54,423 nucleotides of DNA from Prorocentrum cordatum (GCA_963575745.1 CAUYUJ010000241.1:62001-116423), one strand, 5' to 3'; shown: positions 9,365-22,895, numbered from the stretch's first letter. Numbers and translations are program-made. Notes: a model not told the origin generated them from the letters alone.

Positions 9365-9549
9365 GCAGCAGGCGTATGGCGCTTGCAGTCGTAAAGGCCC
9401 CCCGGAGGGTCGTCGGATTATGTTTCCGTGTGCTGCTGGCGCGTTGTGGGGCGCAGCTTTCTTGAATGGCCGTTTGGGGGTCGTCGGATTTCGGCTCCGT
9501 GTTCGGTGCGGGGCAAGCTCTCAGACTTCCGCTGTCTTCAGCCTGATCG

Positions 9550-10065
9550 CTCCTCCTCCTCCTCCTCCTCCTCCTCCTCCTCCCCTCCTCCCTCCTCCCC
9601 CTCCCCCTCCTCCTCCTCCTCCTTCCTCCTCCTCCTACCTCCTCCTCCTCCGCCTACTCCCCCTCTCCTTCTTCTCCTCCGCTCCTCCCCTCCCCCTCCT
9701 CTCCTCCTCCTCATCCTCCTCCTTTTTCCTTCCCCTCCTCCTCCTCCTCCTCGTCCTCCTCCTCCTCCTCCTTCTTCACCTCCTCCTCCTCCTCTCCTCC
9801 TCCCTCTCTCCTCCTCTCCTGCTCCTGCTGTTCCTCCTCCTCCTCCTCCTCCTCCTCCTCCTCCTCCTCCTCCTCCCCACCTCCTCCTCGTCCTCCTCCT
9901 CCGCCTCCTCCTTCTCCTTCTCCTCCTCCTCCTCCTCCTCCTCCTCCTCCTCCTCCTCCTCTTTCTCCTCCTCCTCCTCCTTCCAGATGTTCGTACCCCC
10001 ATCCGTCTCCTCTTTCTCCTTCTCCTTCTCCTCGCCCTCCTCATCTTCCCCCTCCTTCTCTCATC
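9550..10065. repeat. Degenerate (CCT)n microsatellite tract
   Basis: About 500 bp of CCT-derived pyrimidine sequence. Confidence 0.95.
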
Positions 10066-10246
10066 CCTGCTATTTCGAGCGACATCTTGAAGCGCCAGCC
10101 CTCCTTCGAAGAGGGACACACTACGTTTCCAGAACTTTTGGAGCTCCGAGCGGATCTCTAGGATCTGCGCTGGGCCGCTACCCCCCCGCGGCGCCAGGGA
10201 TGGGGTCCATCGCCGTCCTTAGAAGTTCGCGCGGACATGCGAATGC

Positions 10247-10439
10247 TACGGCAGGTTCGCGTCGTGCCGACCGGCGGCGACCCCACCGCGTGCGTTTAAG
10301 GTTGGACGCCGCCCGTGGCCCAGAATCGGCCCGTCGTTGAACGATCTGGCGTTCGCGGAACGTCCGATCGCTCAAGTTTGAACGATCCCCGCGGTGTCAG
10401 GAACCAACGTTGGGGTCGACACGACGCGAATTTGCCGTA
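10247..10439. mobile_element. MITE family 1, copy a (193 bp, about 26-bp TIRs, TA at both ends)
   Basis: Left TACGGCAGGTTCGCGTCGTGCCGACC and right GGTCGACACGACGCGAATTTGCCGTA are near-perfect inverted repeats. A second copy lies at 20335-20527. Confidence 0.85.
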
Positions 10440-11419
10440 CCCTCGCCGATCAACGCGTTATGCAACTCCCTACCCCAGCCTCCCATCAATCCAGCAGAAT
10501 CGATGGTTGGCGGCGGTAGGGATAGGATGTCGTCACCTAGTGGACTCGTTTGCCCACCGTTCCCTTCTTCTCTCTCTCAGGCAAGTCGCACAGCGAAAGC
10601 TGGACACGTCAGATAGCGGGCGCGCACACCTGCGTGCCCGCCGCGACGCCTGCCCCCACGGCCAGCAAGCTGGTGGCGGGAAAGGCGCCGATGGCCAAGG
10701 AAGGATGAGCAGCAAGGCGGCGGACCGCCGCAACAGAGACGACAGTAGCGACTTTTTTGCTCATTCATTGTTTTGCCGATCGGCGCGGGCCCTCGCCCCC
10801 CCCCCCCCTCCCTCCTCCCCTACGGAGTAGATATTGGCTGTTTGGGGCGCATGCTTCCAGCAGGTGGGCGGCTCCCCACAGGATTCCCCACTGGAGCTCT
10901 GTTCCAAACAGTCTCGCTAAGCAGAGGTCTGGAGCCAGACCCTCCCCTCCCCCCCCTTCCACTCAATGTAAAGACAACCCGGGGGGGGGGGGGGGGGGGG
11001 GGCATGGCTGCTTTCTGAGAATCCAGGGGCCGAAGGAGAGAGGAAAGGAAGAGGAGGAGCAGGAGGAGGAGGAGGAGGAGGAGGAGGAGGAGAAAGAGGA
11101 GGAGTGGCGATACAAGAAGATGCTCCCCTTCCTCTCCTTCTGCTCACCGCTCTGCCCTGTTCCCCCTCCCTGCTGTCCGCCTCGTCGTCGCCGCGGCTTC
11201 GGCCGCGCTCCTGGTCGGGGAGGGCGGCCCCTCGTGCGGCGAGCTCGCCCTCGCCCGCTGCTCGTCGCCGTCCGCTCCGCCCTCGGGGCCCTCGACGTGT
11301 TGGCCGTCCGGCTCCAGCGTCCCTCCCCATCGGCTCCCTTTCTGTCCTTCTTTGAGGCCTTCTCCCGCTGTCCTCCGAAGCGTCCTCCTCCTCCTCCTCC
11401 TCCTCCTCCTCCTGTCGAG

Positions 11420-12960
11420 GGGGTTGGGTCGTTGCTGTTGGACTTAGAGAGAATGATATTGCATGTGGCTGTGCACAAAACCAAGCCGTTGTGCAGCAAG
11501 GCGGCCCTGTGCTTATTCAGAGCAACTGGAGGGAGGGCCCCCAGAACCTTGCGAGTCGATTCGGCGAGAATTCTCGGGACGGACGTTTCGCTGGGATCCT
11601 GCAGGAAAGCAGGAATTGCTCGAGGTAGGCTCGCTGCTGCTAAGACCAGCTCTCGGCGTATCCAGATTATGTGCAGTGCAGGGTCCGAGGTACATAGGCT
11701 TGATCCAACGCATTTGGTGCCACGGCAGTCGCTGGAGTCCCCATCAGTTGCCTTGTGCGGACGGCGGCTGTCCGCTGCCGCCCTGCGGCGTCTGCCGAGG
11801 GGGTTCCTCTTTCTGGGACTTCGGATACATTCGTTCACGCTCGGGCCCCCTGCCGACCCCCTAGTGTCTAGCATTGCGCACGTTTCGAATACATGGGCCG
11901 TGGCTACGATCATCCTCTGTTGGACGCGTTTCGTCGCTAAGGCGTCGATGCAGACTGCAGTGTTTTGTTGGCGAAGCTGTATCTCGGACAGGCGGGCGCA
12001 GCGTCAGGGCCGCAGCCGTTTCGCATCCAGCGGGGGGGTCAAGCGAGGCGACGTCATCAGCCCGATGTTGTTTAATGCTGACTTGGAACTAGCAATGAAA
12101 AAGGTGAAAACGTCGCATTGGACCAGCCGACTTGTTCATGGGAGACGGCGATAATCTCACGAATATAGGGTATGAGTATGATCTCATGTTGTACGCGAGT
12201 TTTGCCGATGAGCTGGCCATCGTGCTCGATGCGTTGATTGAGGAGCTCGATGTAGCCGGAGTACATATGAACCCAAAGAAACGAATATCTTGACCACGGA
12301 GGAAGACACGGACAAAAAATTTATCGAGGTCGGAGAGCACATGCTGAAAGTCATGGGACGTATAGATGTTCACAAGTATTTAGGAAGGATCTTATCGGCG
12401 AGCCTCAAGAGCCGTAGCGCTATCGAGTTGGGGCAGAGGTGTTGGCGAGCTTGGCACACATGTCATGAGCACCGTCACGTCTTCACATGCCAGAACGTAT
12501 CTTTAATATTGCGGCTCAAGTTGTTCCAGCTGGTCATTGCGCCAACCTTGTTGTTCCGACTATCGGCCGCGGTCTTGATTAAGCAGCGAATGCAATCTTT
12601 GGACGTCCTTCAAAACAAGATGTTTCGTCTGATCGTTGGGTGGAAGCGTTATGAAGATGAGGAGCGGGCAGACACCATGAGACGAATGAGGGACATGATC
12701 GGCCATACAACGCGTATCTTCCCGATTGAAAAAATGGAGTGAACTATTTTGTGGCCGCATGTTCAAAGTTGCGCTCCGGGCAGCTTGGTCGGACAACGAG
12801 TAGGCTCACAAAGTCATATTGTGGAACCCGCGCTACACGCGCGGCGCCATGCGGCCGCGCGGGCACCCCCCGACAAGATGGGATGGCCGTCTTCAAGGAT
12901 TTGGCCGTGATGCGTTGCATATTGTATCTCGCCGGCATGAAGCGGTTCGAGAACGAGATG
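11420..12960 (+). pseudogene. Decayed RTE-type LINE fragment (RT and C-terminal region)
   Basis: GVKRGDVISPMLFN, KYLGRIL, LRLKLFQLVIAPTLLF, QNKMFRLIVGW and WNP...RGHPPTRWD across frameshifts. Confidence 0.85.
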
Positions 12961-13799
12961 AAAGAGCATTCGTCGAGCATTGCATTTACGCGCGAGGACC
13001 GCCCCCTCCTCCTCGCCCCCCATTCTCGGAGGCGCAGCGCATGCTCTCCCGTGCGTGCGCGCTCGGCCCAGCGCGCTGTAGCCGCGCCCGTTTACGGGCC
13101 AACCTTGTTAAGGTTTGACCGGGCCTCTCCCCGCCGGCGTCAGACGCCCTTGGAGGGTGGTTTCGTCGCCCGTGAGATTGCGTCCTAAACGGCTGAGCGA
13201 ATTAGCTGGAGATGGTTGACGTTCTTTCACCTTGAGCGGCGACCTTGGCTCAGCGTGGAACTTGACCCTGCTTGCCCCCTCGGAAAAAAAGGAACTCGCG
13301 CAAGAGAGGGCTGTGCGAGCTTCCGACGGGCCGGCGTTGAATCAATATGGGCGTCTTGGTGACTCGGGCCTTCGTCGGGGGCGCAGATTCATTATTGTCT
13401 CGGACGGGCTTAATTAGCTCGCTCCTACGCAGCAAGAAGCGCGGCTTGGCGCTGCACCGCCAGGGGGCGGCCCGCTCTCTCATGCGCAACGCGCGCTGTC
13501 CTCGGGCGCGCGCGCGCGTGGGCATGGCGCGCGCGAGTCTTGCGTGTGCAGATCGAATTTGGCGAGCGAAGTACCCTGTGGCATAGGCAGTGCCCGCGAG
13601 TGGCGCGCCAGGCCCTGTGGAGAGACGAGGTCTCGCCTCGGCTGGCCGAGCGGGCGCAGCGTGCGAGGGCGGGGGGTCGGGGGTTTGCGGGGCGATGCGC
13701 GCGCGGAATTGGTTTTTTTTTCGTGCCGTGTTCCTTCGGATCGAGCCCGAGTTGCACGTGGGGTGGGGCAATGGGCCCCCCGTCAGGCCTCCCGGCTGG

Positions 13800-14350
13800 G
13801 TGTGTCCTCAGTGGCGGCTCTGCGTTGTGGCCGAAACTTCGGGGATCTGTCGCGTCGGCTGGGCCCTGGCGCAGGCGGGCAGGCCAGGCGATGCGTCGCG
13901 CGCGCCGCGCTGGCCAGCCCCTCTCAGATCTGGGCCGAAGCAGACGGCTAACGACTGTTTTGATTGCGACATGCACATGTTAGCTTCCTTGGGCATGGGG
14001 CCTTTTGGGGCTCTACCTCGATTGCCAGTTCACCTTTGACATCTTCAATCGGGGCCCCGCGGCTGGAGTCGATGCTGGCCCGGCCACGCGGCGCATCTGG
14101 GGCCGAGTTCAGGGCGCGTTCGGGGCCTCGGAGCTCCAGGCGTTTACGACTCTCGCCCGTGCGACGGCGTTGGACGTTGAAGCTGGCAAGTCGACGCGGC
14201 GGGGGCGAAATGCTAACCAGAGTGCTGAGGCGCGTATGCCAAGGCTGGAGCAGCTATGCACGGCCTGACAGATGCGGATGCCACTGGGCCTGAGCGCCTA
14301 TGCCCCTCTACTCGTTTGTTGCGTCCGCTGTGGCGCATGCGGAACATGCA
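13800..14350 (+). pseudogene. Decayed LINE RNase H domain fragment
   Basis: RVGWAL, LYLDCQ, RIWGRV and DVEAG...RNANQSAE align with LINE-B RNase H (AGWAVV, LHVDCA, DVREG...GNSEAD). Confidence 0.65.
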
Positions 14351-14699
14351 ACGAGCTGGGGCGCCCGATGAAGTCGAGGTGCAAATGGCGCCCAGCCAGC
14401 CTGGGATCGCGAGCCAGCTCGGTCGGATTCGCTCGTCGGGGAGGCACCCGCGCTACAGGGCCACGGCGAAGGCCCTTGCGCTCGGCGCGGTGGGCCCTCT
14501 GAACGCCCAGGGGGCGCTGAGTTCGAGCGTGCGCTCGAGCCCCCCCGTCCCCTCCTCCTCCCCCTCCTCCTCCTCCTTCCTCCGCGGCACGTCGGCGGCC
14601 GCGGAGGCCGCGGGCTTCCGCGGCGTGCCCTTGTTCCAGGGCCAGTTTTCGAATTTGTTCAACCCCCCCTGCATATTGCGCGCTGAATTCTCGCGCCGG

Positions 14700-17600
14700 G
14701 GCGCAGCGGCCCCGTCTTGCGGGGCAGCGACGTGGGGCCCGCCAGCGCTGCCAGCGCCGACGCGCAGCTCAAGCTGGCCGTCGCCATCCGACGCGCCATC
14801 GTGCCCGACGTGGCGGATGCCCTCCAGCCCGCCGAGCGAGCCGGTCGAGAACGGCCCCCTCGCCAACCCAACCTGAGTAGAGATCCCCGGCGCGACGCAG
14901 CTCAACGAGGCGCGCTGGGCAACCTCAAGCGCGAGCTGGGGCAGCTTCTCGCCGCGCTGGTCGCTGCTGCCTCCGCGACTTGCAAGTCCACCGCAGAGCA
15001 GGTTTGCGCTGCCGCCCAGACAAGGTTTCTCGAGCATGTCACCAAGATCTCGCCATCCCTCAACCAAAGGCAGGACGGGGCAAAGGGCGACATCGCTGCC
15101 TTCAAGCAATGCATGGACGTATCCGCGAAGGAGCACGTTTTCCTCAACCGCGCTGTGGACTCGCTCAAGACCTCCATCGCACGCGCAGAAGCTCAAGTAC
15201 CCAGCATGGACGTCGCCAACCTGGGACGGTGGGACCGCCCTGGGCAGATCGGCACCTTCTGGCGTGGCTCAGCGGTGGACATCGCCCAAGCCGCTCTTTA
15301 GCAAGTCACGCAATTATGTGTTTTTTTTCTTTTTCTGCAGCTGGTATCGACGCTTCCACGGTGCGCCGTAACAATGCCACGCCGAGCAAGCGCGTCTGCA
15401 TCTCTGTCCTCGGAGGGAACGCTGTCGCCTTTCCTCGTGCTCGAGCTCTACATCATCACCTTCGCATTGGCAGGCAATGGAGGGCATTCTCCATCGTGCA
15501 CGAGGGCGCGCCCCTCCCGCTCTACATCAGCGCCAGCAAGTGCCCGAAACTTGTTCGGCGGGAAATCCACGCCAAGAAGCTCGCCAAGCTGCCGGCGAAC
15601 GCCGAGCCCGACATCAACGCGCGGGTGCGCCGCGCGGATGGCTTGATCTCGGTCGATGGCACGGCCGCCGCCGGGCTCGCGCCCTGAAGAAGCTACCGCG
15701 GTTCCGTGGTCTGACGCTGCTGCGCGCGCTGGTCTGTCTCCTGCCGCGCAAGCTACAGTCGCAGAAGCCCTCGCCCACGCCTGCGCGGACCCCGCTGCTG
15801 CAGTGTCGTGCTTCGACAGCAAGTGGGCCCTTTGGGCTTCATCATCCACCCTGCCGAATGCTCCATCGCCTGCTGGAATGCGCAGGGCCCCCCTGCGCTC
15901 CCAGCCCACCCAGCGTGCCAACAAGCACTCCACCCTCACCCCCTACTTGGCCAAGAATTCGCTCATTGCGATCCAGGAGGTCCATGGCAATGAGCAAATG
16001 CTACGCATGTTCGTCAACGCCGCAGCCACGAAGTATCACGTCTTCCTGAGCAGCCCGCCTGACGACGTTGACATATCGGCAAGCCTCGCTGCGGGCAGTG
16101 GAGCGAGTTCCCGTGCAGGTGGAGTTGTCTGCCTCGTCCCCGGTTGCTCTCGCTCGTCTTCTGGCGTTGACCAGCGTCCCGACTTCCCCTGTTCGAGCAG
16201 CATCCTTGTGCGCATCGCCGGATTGCGCATTCGTGACCATTTACGACAATTTCCACACATCTAATTCAACGTGCGCCACGACGGCTTGAAGGCTGAAGAC
16301 CGTTCGAAGTTCGACCGCGCATGGCGCGCTGCAGCTGAAGCGGCTGCTTCGGACCCAGGCCAGAATCTACGATTCGTGCTCGGAGGCCCCAATGTCGCTG
16401 AACAACCCACTCGCAACCTGCCCCGCCCCGTCGGCGCCAAAACGAGCGAGCGTTGACGGTATCAGCCCACACTTTGGAAGCAGATCTTCCGCGGCATGGC
16501 GGAGATATGCGCGCCCACTACTACTCGCAGTTGCTACGCTAACCGCGCCGAGTCGGCCATCGACCGCTTCTTCGCATCATCCGAGGCGCGCATTTTACCG
16601 CGTCTAGAAACGATCACGGTGGCGGGCGGCCCCCCGCTGGAACGGCGCGGCAAGGCGGCCATTGGCCATGAGCTACCACGAGTCAGCTTTCGACCGCGCG
16701 CTCAACGCCCACGCGCTGAGCGAGGCATCCCCGCGCTCATCTTCAAGTCCAGTCTCTCCAAGCACTTCATCGACCGGCTCTCCGCGGACACCGATTACAG
16801 CGCGCTCGCTCCTGTCGGCAAGTGCAGGGCTCTCAAAGCGAACGTCGCGCGCGCTGCTGTTCGAGCGCGCGGCGCTCTCCAACATTTACCTCCCGAAGTT
16901 CCCTATGCAAGCCACGGCGACGATGCTGGGCAGGTCAGTTCCATGGTCTTGCGCAGTGTGGCTAGAGCCGTCTGGTACCAGAACGGCAAGATGGCTCAGC
17001 TTTTGGTCGCGGGCACGCACCTCGGACTTGAGCACGTGCGCACCCAGCAGTCCAACGATAGTGGTTTTCCGTCGGTCACCGTCGGTCTAGCAGTGCTGAT
17101 AGATTCGCCGCGGTCGCTGATGTGACGCTGCTGATGAGAGACGCAATCACGCTGCCGCTCAAGCCCGAGAAGCATACCAACGGCATCAACGTCAACGAGG
17201 TGGCGGGCTCGCGCTAGCGCCACTCGCCCTCGCGGGGAGCTTTGGAAACCATTGGCTGAGCGTCTGGTTCTTGCAGGCACCCGCATCTCCAGGGGTTCTG
17301 ATGGAGCTATCTCCAAGACGCCAGCCGATATGGCGCACTGGGCCCCGATCTTTGGGGACAAGCTTGTCAACGTCATGAACGTGAAGTCCTGCCTCGACAC
17401 GGCTTTCGTTTCCAAACGACAGAATGGCATCGCGTTTCCTATTGTGGAAGACCTTCAGCACGCAGCTAAACACGCGTGCGACTCAGCTCCTGGCCCTGAC
17501 GGTTTACTTCACCAAGCGCTGCCGCACTACCCCTCAAAACTTCGAGATCCTTGGCGAACTTACAAACCGCATCAGTCATGGATGCCCCGCCCCCTTTGAG

Positions 17601-19998
17601 TGGAATTTCTCGTTGTTCGCAATGCTACTTAAAGGCGACGAGCCTGCTGGCATGTCTACGACCCTTGGCCATGAATAGCACTGACTTCGGCAGCCAACGC
17701 GAATCTACTTCCACTCATGCAATAATTTTCTGCTATTCAACGCTGTTTTGCTCCGAGACGGCAACTCCTCAACAACATGGTCGATGTCGACACTTACAGC
17801 CGGCTCTACCGCGTGGGAGGCAGCGCCGGCCCGTCTCTCCCTTGCTTCTTGGGCATGGAGATCGCAGCCGTCTTCCCTGGCTTGCTCCACTCCTGGCTCT
17901 GGGGAGTCATCGCAAGGTGGGGTACCACTGGCAACTTCCTCAAGCTCCTGCGCGCGTTCTAGACTGTGCCCATCGCCTTCCTTGAGCTCGGAAGCATCCG
18001 TCGCCCGCTACTGGTTGCTGAAAATGGGGTTGCACAGGGCTGCCCACTAAGCGGCACTATATTGGCGCTCATGTTCGAACCGATTCTGCGCGGAATCCAC
18101 GCCCACCTCACACACATTGGCCGTGGCATGGCCAGCGCATGTGCTGACGACGTTGGATGTGTATTAGACAAGCTTCGCGACAGACGTGGCAACCGACCTC
18201 ATGTATATGCTGCAGAGCAACATGCTGGACTACATCTTCAACCGCAAGTGTGTGCTGGTGCCCGCTTGGACCGGATGGCACGCCCACATCGCCGACAAGT
18301 TGCGCGACACGCTGCGCGACATCCACGAGGACTGGGCTTTCTTTAATATCGTCAATATGGCGAAGTACTTCGGTGTTCACGTCGGCCCTGGAGTCATCAG
18401 CAGCTTCCAAATGGTTCCACCGATCCCACATACTGGGAGATGCGCACGCTTCCATACAGCAAAACATCATGCTGCACAACACCTCGGCCATCACATGCTT
18501 ATCGTACGTTGGACAGTTCTTTCCCGCTCCCGAAATGAAATTGACATAAGAAATTCACGTGTTACGCAAGATCAGCCGCTCCGCACCGTCGGATTTCACC
18601 AAGCTTAATCTCCTGAGCATAAAAATATGGGCTGGCGATGGAAAACCGATGGGCGTCGAGGTTCTCATGGGCGCCACCATCTGGCGTGCTGCTACTCCTC
18701 CACGCGCTGCTCCACGCTACAGCTGAAGAACATCTCCCACTACTTCGAGTGGCACAAGGTAAAAAGAGTGCTGCCGGCTGGAGATCTCACACATTGGTGG
18801 CCCAACACCTTCAGCGAGCTGCGCGAGGGCACAACTACCCCGCGGAGAAGGGCTCCACGTTCAAGATCATGACGCGCAAGCTCAATTACCCTCAGCGTGC
18901 CCTTGAATATGTTCGTCGTGGACATCAACACGCTCGCGTCGCTGCATCGGAAGTGCGCCATCCCTGCCACGCCCGACACGAAGCCGGAGCTGACCGCCCC
19001 CGAGGTACCAATCGCAAGTCGGCACAATCCGCATACGCTCACGTACTACAACGCATGCTCTTCGAGGATAGTGTCGACATCGTGATCGCCAAACGATTGC
19101 GAAGCTGGTTCCCGCTGCTGCCGAGCGCCCACTTTCATGCGGACAATTCGAATGCTCCACCTAGCCGGCCTGCTGCCGCCTCAGATGATGCCTCGGAACA
19201 ATACTTCCGAGAAGCAGGCACCGAGCTCGGGACTATCACAGAAATTCTACACCACTGGGCATCTGACTGGCTCCCGAATCTCTACACCGACAACGAGGGC
19301 ATCTCCAGCGAAGCTGACTGGAACAATTGGTGTCTGCGCTCTGTCATCCGTCTTCTACGTCGCCGCAGCATGCAAGTTCTGTTTCCAGCTGCACTAGGCG
19401 ACGTACTGGACTCCTCGCCCGGGCTCGACGCATCTGCTGGGAGGCATGGGTCTCTGCCTCTTCCAATCGCAATCATCGCGCGCGGACCTTCAGCGGCACC
19501 AGATCTGCTGAGCTCCCAGCACAATTCGACAATGTCATGACCGAGCACCTGGCGTGTCGCCGATGGGTCCTTGAGGCTGACATTGAGAACGGCCCCACCT
19601 GTTCTATTCCCGGCCCCAACATGGATGTCACCGAGGATTCCAGCTACAACAACGACATGACCATGCTCCTGCAGCTGTCGAGCACCGCGGCCCCTGGCGC
19701 CGCCTTCGCGCCGAGATCGCACGGCTTCCACCTGCACACTTCTGGCCAGTGATGAGGACTCTCGCAGGAGGGTGGGCCATATCGCATCGACTACATGTAC
19801 AACCAGATCGGCGAGGGTGCGCATTCAAGCACATTATCGCGCGACTTTCGGTCGCTTATCGCACGTACCACCCAATTGAACAACGGCGACTTCACGGTCG
19901 CCAACAGCTATCATAACATCAACAACATCGTCCAGGCCTCCCGCGGCGCTCTGAGGCTCGACGCCTCTGTGCTCGGCGGCGCGGCGGTCATTCCATGA
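14700..19998 (+). mobile_element. LINE-C: decayed full-length relative of LINE-A (boundaries approximate)
   Basis: ORF1 remnant LYISASKCPKLVRRE matches LINE-A LHFGPDKSPKQVRGE. APE WNAQG, IQEVHG, IDRFFAS. RT SAPGPDG, GVAQGCPLSG, CADD, KYFGVHVGP. Many stops and frameshifts. CCT tracts near both ends. Confidence 0.88.
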
Positions 19999-20334
19999 GA
20001 CTGGCGTCGCCCCCCTAGGCTCGTCGTTCGCCCCTCCTCCTCCTCCTCCTCCTCCTCCTCCTCCTCCTCCTCCTCCCCTCCTCCTCCTCCTCCTCCTCCT
20101 CCTCCTCCTCCTCGTCCTCCTCGTCCTCCTCCTCTTCCTCCTCCTCCTCATCCTCCTCAGGATTCGGACCCTCGTGCCATGCGGGTTCCAGGCTTTTCCT
20201 CGCAGGCAGCGGTGCTAGCGGCCTTCGGCACATCGTGGAACTTGGTTTCTTCGGAGGCAAAGAGCGCGGCGCGGGTCGCGCGCTGGGGATTGGCTGAGGA
20301 GTCAGAGGCTTCCGAGGGTGACTTTAAAATTAAG

Positions 20335-20527
20335 TGCGGTCGGTTCGCGTCGTGTCGACCAGCGGCGACCCCAGCGCGGGCGTTCAAGATTGAACGCCGC
20401 TGGCCACCCCAAATCGGTCGATGTTGAACGATCGGGCGCTTGGCAAACTACCGAGCGTTCAAGGTTTCCGCGGTTCCCGCGGCGTCAGGGACCAACGCCG
20501 GGGTCGGCACGACACGAACTTGCCGTA
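20335..20527. mobile_element. MITE family 1, copy b (193 bp)
   Basis: Colinear with 10247-10439. TIRs GGTTCGCGTCGTGTCGACC and GGTCGGCACGACACGAACTTGCCGTA. Confidence 0.82.
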
Positions 20528-20699
20528 TCTGCATGCTCGCCTTCATGGCCGTCCACCACCACCACCACCACTTCCTCCCGTCCGTGCTCGACGGTTGTGG
20601 TCGAGTGAGGACAACTCGGGGCGCCCGCCGTGGGGCCATCCGATCGCAAAGCCAGCCTGCGCACGAGGAAGCAGAGGACGAAGACAAGGACGAGGAATA

Positions 20700-20963
20700 C
20701 GAATAATACTACTAAAACGTAAGATTATATCTACGACTGCTAATCAGAATATCCGTGGTATTAATAGTACTGCTAATAATACTGATACTGGTAACAACAA
20801 TACTAAGAACAATAATAACAATACTGCTAACAATAATAACACGACTACTAGTAATAATACTAGTAATACTCATCATAGTAATACTAATAGTAAAAATTCT
20901 ACTATTATTAATACTAATAATATTATTGATACTTATACTAATAGTAAGAAGACGAATAATTAT
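20700..20963. repeat. Degenerate (AAT/ACT)n microsatellite
   Basis: AT-rich period-3 tract in a GC-rich background. Confidence 0.85.
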
Positions 20964-21256
20964 AGGAGGAGGAGGAGGAGAGGGAGGAGGAGGAGGAGGG
21001 TGAGGAGGAGGAGGAGGAGGCTGAGGAGCGACGAACAGAGGGGGGGCATGAGGCGGAGGAGGAGGAGGAGGAATAGAACCCAGGGAGAACGCATGACGGG
21101 AGGAAGAGAGTGAGGGCTCGGGAGGTGCAACCGGACGATGAGGAGGACAGGCAGGGTCTGAAGAGGGGGGTTTGACTACGACAACGACGACAGGGACGAC
21201 TACGAGAGGGGCAGCCCAAAGCCCGCGAAGGGCCCCCCCGCTCAACCGCCGCGAAG

Positions 21257-21322
21257 GACACCTGCGCAACGAACTTCATGATCCGCGACGCGCCGATGGT
21301 GGAGCTGGTGGCGCCTGAGAAG
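21257..21322 (+). CDS. Host gene exon: ABC-class ATPase (COG3044/PF09818-type), DTCATNFMIRDAPMVELVAPEK
   Basis: Family signature DEDT(C/S)ATNFMIRD. AG acceptor at 21255-21256, AG|GA donor. Joins in phase with the next exon. Confidence 0.88.
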
Positions 21323-21416
21323 GATCCCGAACATCACCCGTCGTCGTTGTCGTCGCCGTCGTCCGTGCTGTTGTCCCTCGCCGTCGTCCCCCGCCGTTGT
21401 CCACGCTGTCGTCCGC

Positions 21417-21450
<34 letters not shown>

Positions 21451-21789
21451 CATCGTCATCCGTCGTCTGTCGTCCGTCGTCTGTCGCCTGACGTCGTCGT
21501 CGTCGTCGACGTCGTCGTCCAGCGTCGTCGTCGTCGTCGTCGTCCGTCGTCCACCATTTTCGTCGTCATCGTCGTCGTCGTCGTCGTTGTCGTTCGTCGT
21601 TTGCTGGGATCGTCGGTCGCTGGGCTCCGCGACGGCGGCGCTTGGCGAGCCCCCTCCCCCCCCCGGAGAGGCCAAGGGGAACATGGGGAGGGAGGAAGGG
21701 TGAGGAGGGTATGGGGGTGGGGAGGAGGAGGTGGAGGAGGAGGAGGAGAACGAGGAGGAGGAGGAGAAAACGGAAACGGATGCGGAAGG

Positions 21790-22240
21790 AGGACCAGTGT
21801 AAACCTAAAACCCATCAGAGATGTTGCAATACAGCCTCCCTCCAAGTTCCCTCTTCACGGGCCCCTACAAGGGTGCAAATTCATTGAGGGAAGCGCCCCG
21901 TAACGCCCTTCATCAGTCAAACGTTTGCCAGCTTTTGAAACAAATTATCGCGGCGCTGAGGAGAGAGCCGCATTTTGACAAACCGCCGAACCTCCATCCG
22001 TGAACCGTCTGCTAAAGTCTGAGACGAATGTGCTCGGCGCTGAGGGGAGGGCCACATTTTGAAAACGACCCGCCCTCCATCCGTGAAGCTCTTGCAAACT
22101 TTGAAGACGAATGCGCGCGGCGCGAAGGCGAGAGCCACATGTTGAAAACCACGCGCACTCCACTGCGGAATTGTTGCACATTTTCAGTTTGATGACCATA
22201 CATGGTGAGGAAGTCTTTGGCGGAACACCCAGCCCGCCCT
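21790..22240. repeat. Dispersed element with internal ~83-bp tandem units (copy a)
   Basis: Homologous to 48770-49420 (CCAAGTTCCCTCTTCACGGGCCCCTACAA, CCATCCGTGAAGCTCTTGCAAA, GGTGAGGAAGTCT). Confidence 0.85.
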
Positions 22241-22382
22241 ACCGACACGTGTCGGGGTGAAACAGGGAGGAGTGACTTCTAAGGGAAAGGGGTAGAGGAG
22301 AAGGAGGCGGAGGAGCAGGAGGACAGGAGGAGGCATATGAGAAGGAGGAAAAGGAGGAGGAGGAGGACAGGAGGAGGCAACG

Positions 22383-22414
<32 letters not shown>

Positions 22415-22895
22415 GGAGGAGGAGGAGGAGGAAGGGAGGCACAGGAGAAGGACAGGAGGAGGCGCAGGACAGGCGAAGAGGCGAACCAAGGAGGAGGAGG
22501 AGGAGAGGAGGAGGAGAAGGAGGAAGTGGATAGATGTAGGAGGAGGACAGGAGGAGGCACAGGAGGAAGAGGAAGAGTACCAGGAGGATGAGGACAGGAG
22601 GAGGCAACGGAGGAGGAGTGGGAGGAGGGGTAGGAGGTGGGAGGGAGGAGGAGGAGGAGGCGGAGGAGGAGGAGGAGGGAGGAGTAGTAGGAGGAGGAGA
22701 GGAGGAGAGGAGAGAGGGGAGGAGGAGGAGGAGGAGGGGAGGGAGGGAGGGGAGGAGGGAGGGAGGGATGGAGGGAGCGGAGGGAGGAAGGGAGGGCGGG
22801 AGGGAGGAGGAGCAGAGAGGACCTCGTGGTAGATGGGGCGGGGAGCCCAGCAGGAGGAGGAGGAGAAGGATGGGGCCCTCCTGCGTGCCGCCGAG

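Larger units (their letters stand above)
7920..9549 (+). mobile_element. SL-headed retrocopy or non-autonomous retroelement in (CCT)n
   Basis: SL at the 5' end, appears intronless, (CCT)n on both sides, no RT or APE motifs. Confidence 0.75.

Noticed and set aside
14472..14489. Possible upstream ATPase micro-exon ALALGA (AG|...|GT)
   Set aside because: It resembles the ALE.GA motif but is only 18 bp, and I could not find the linking LLxDE exon.
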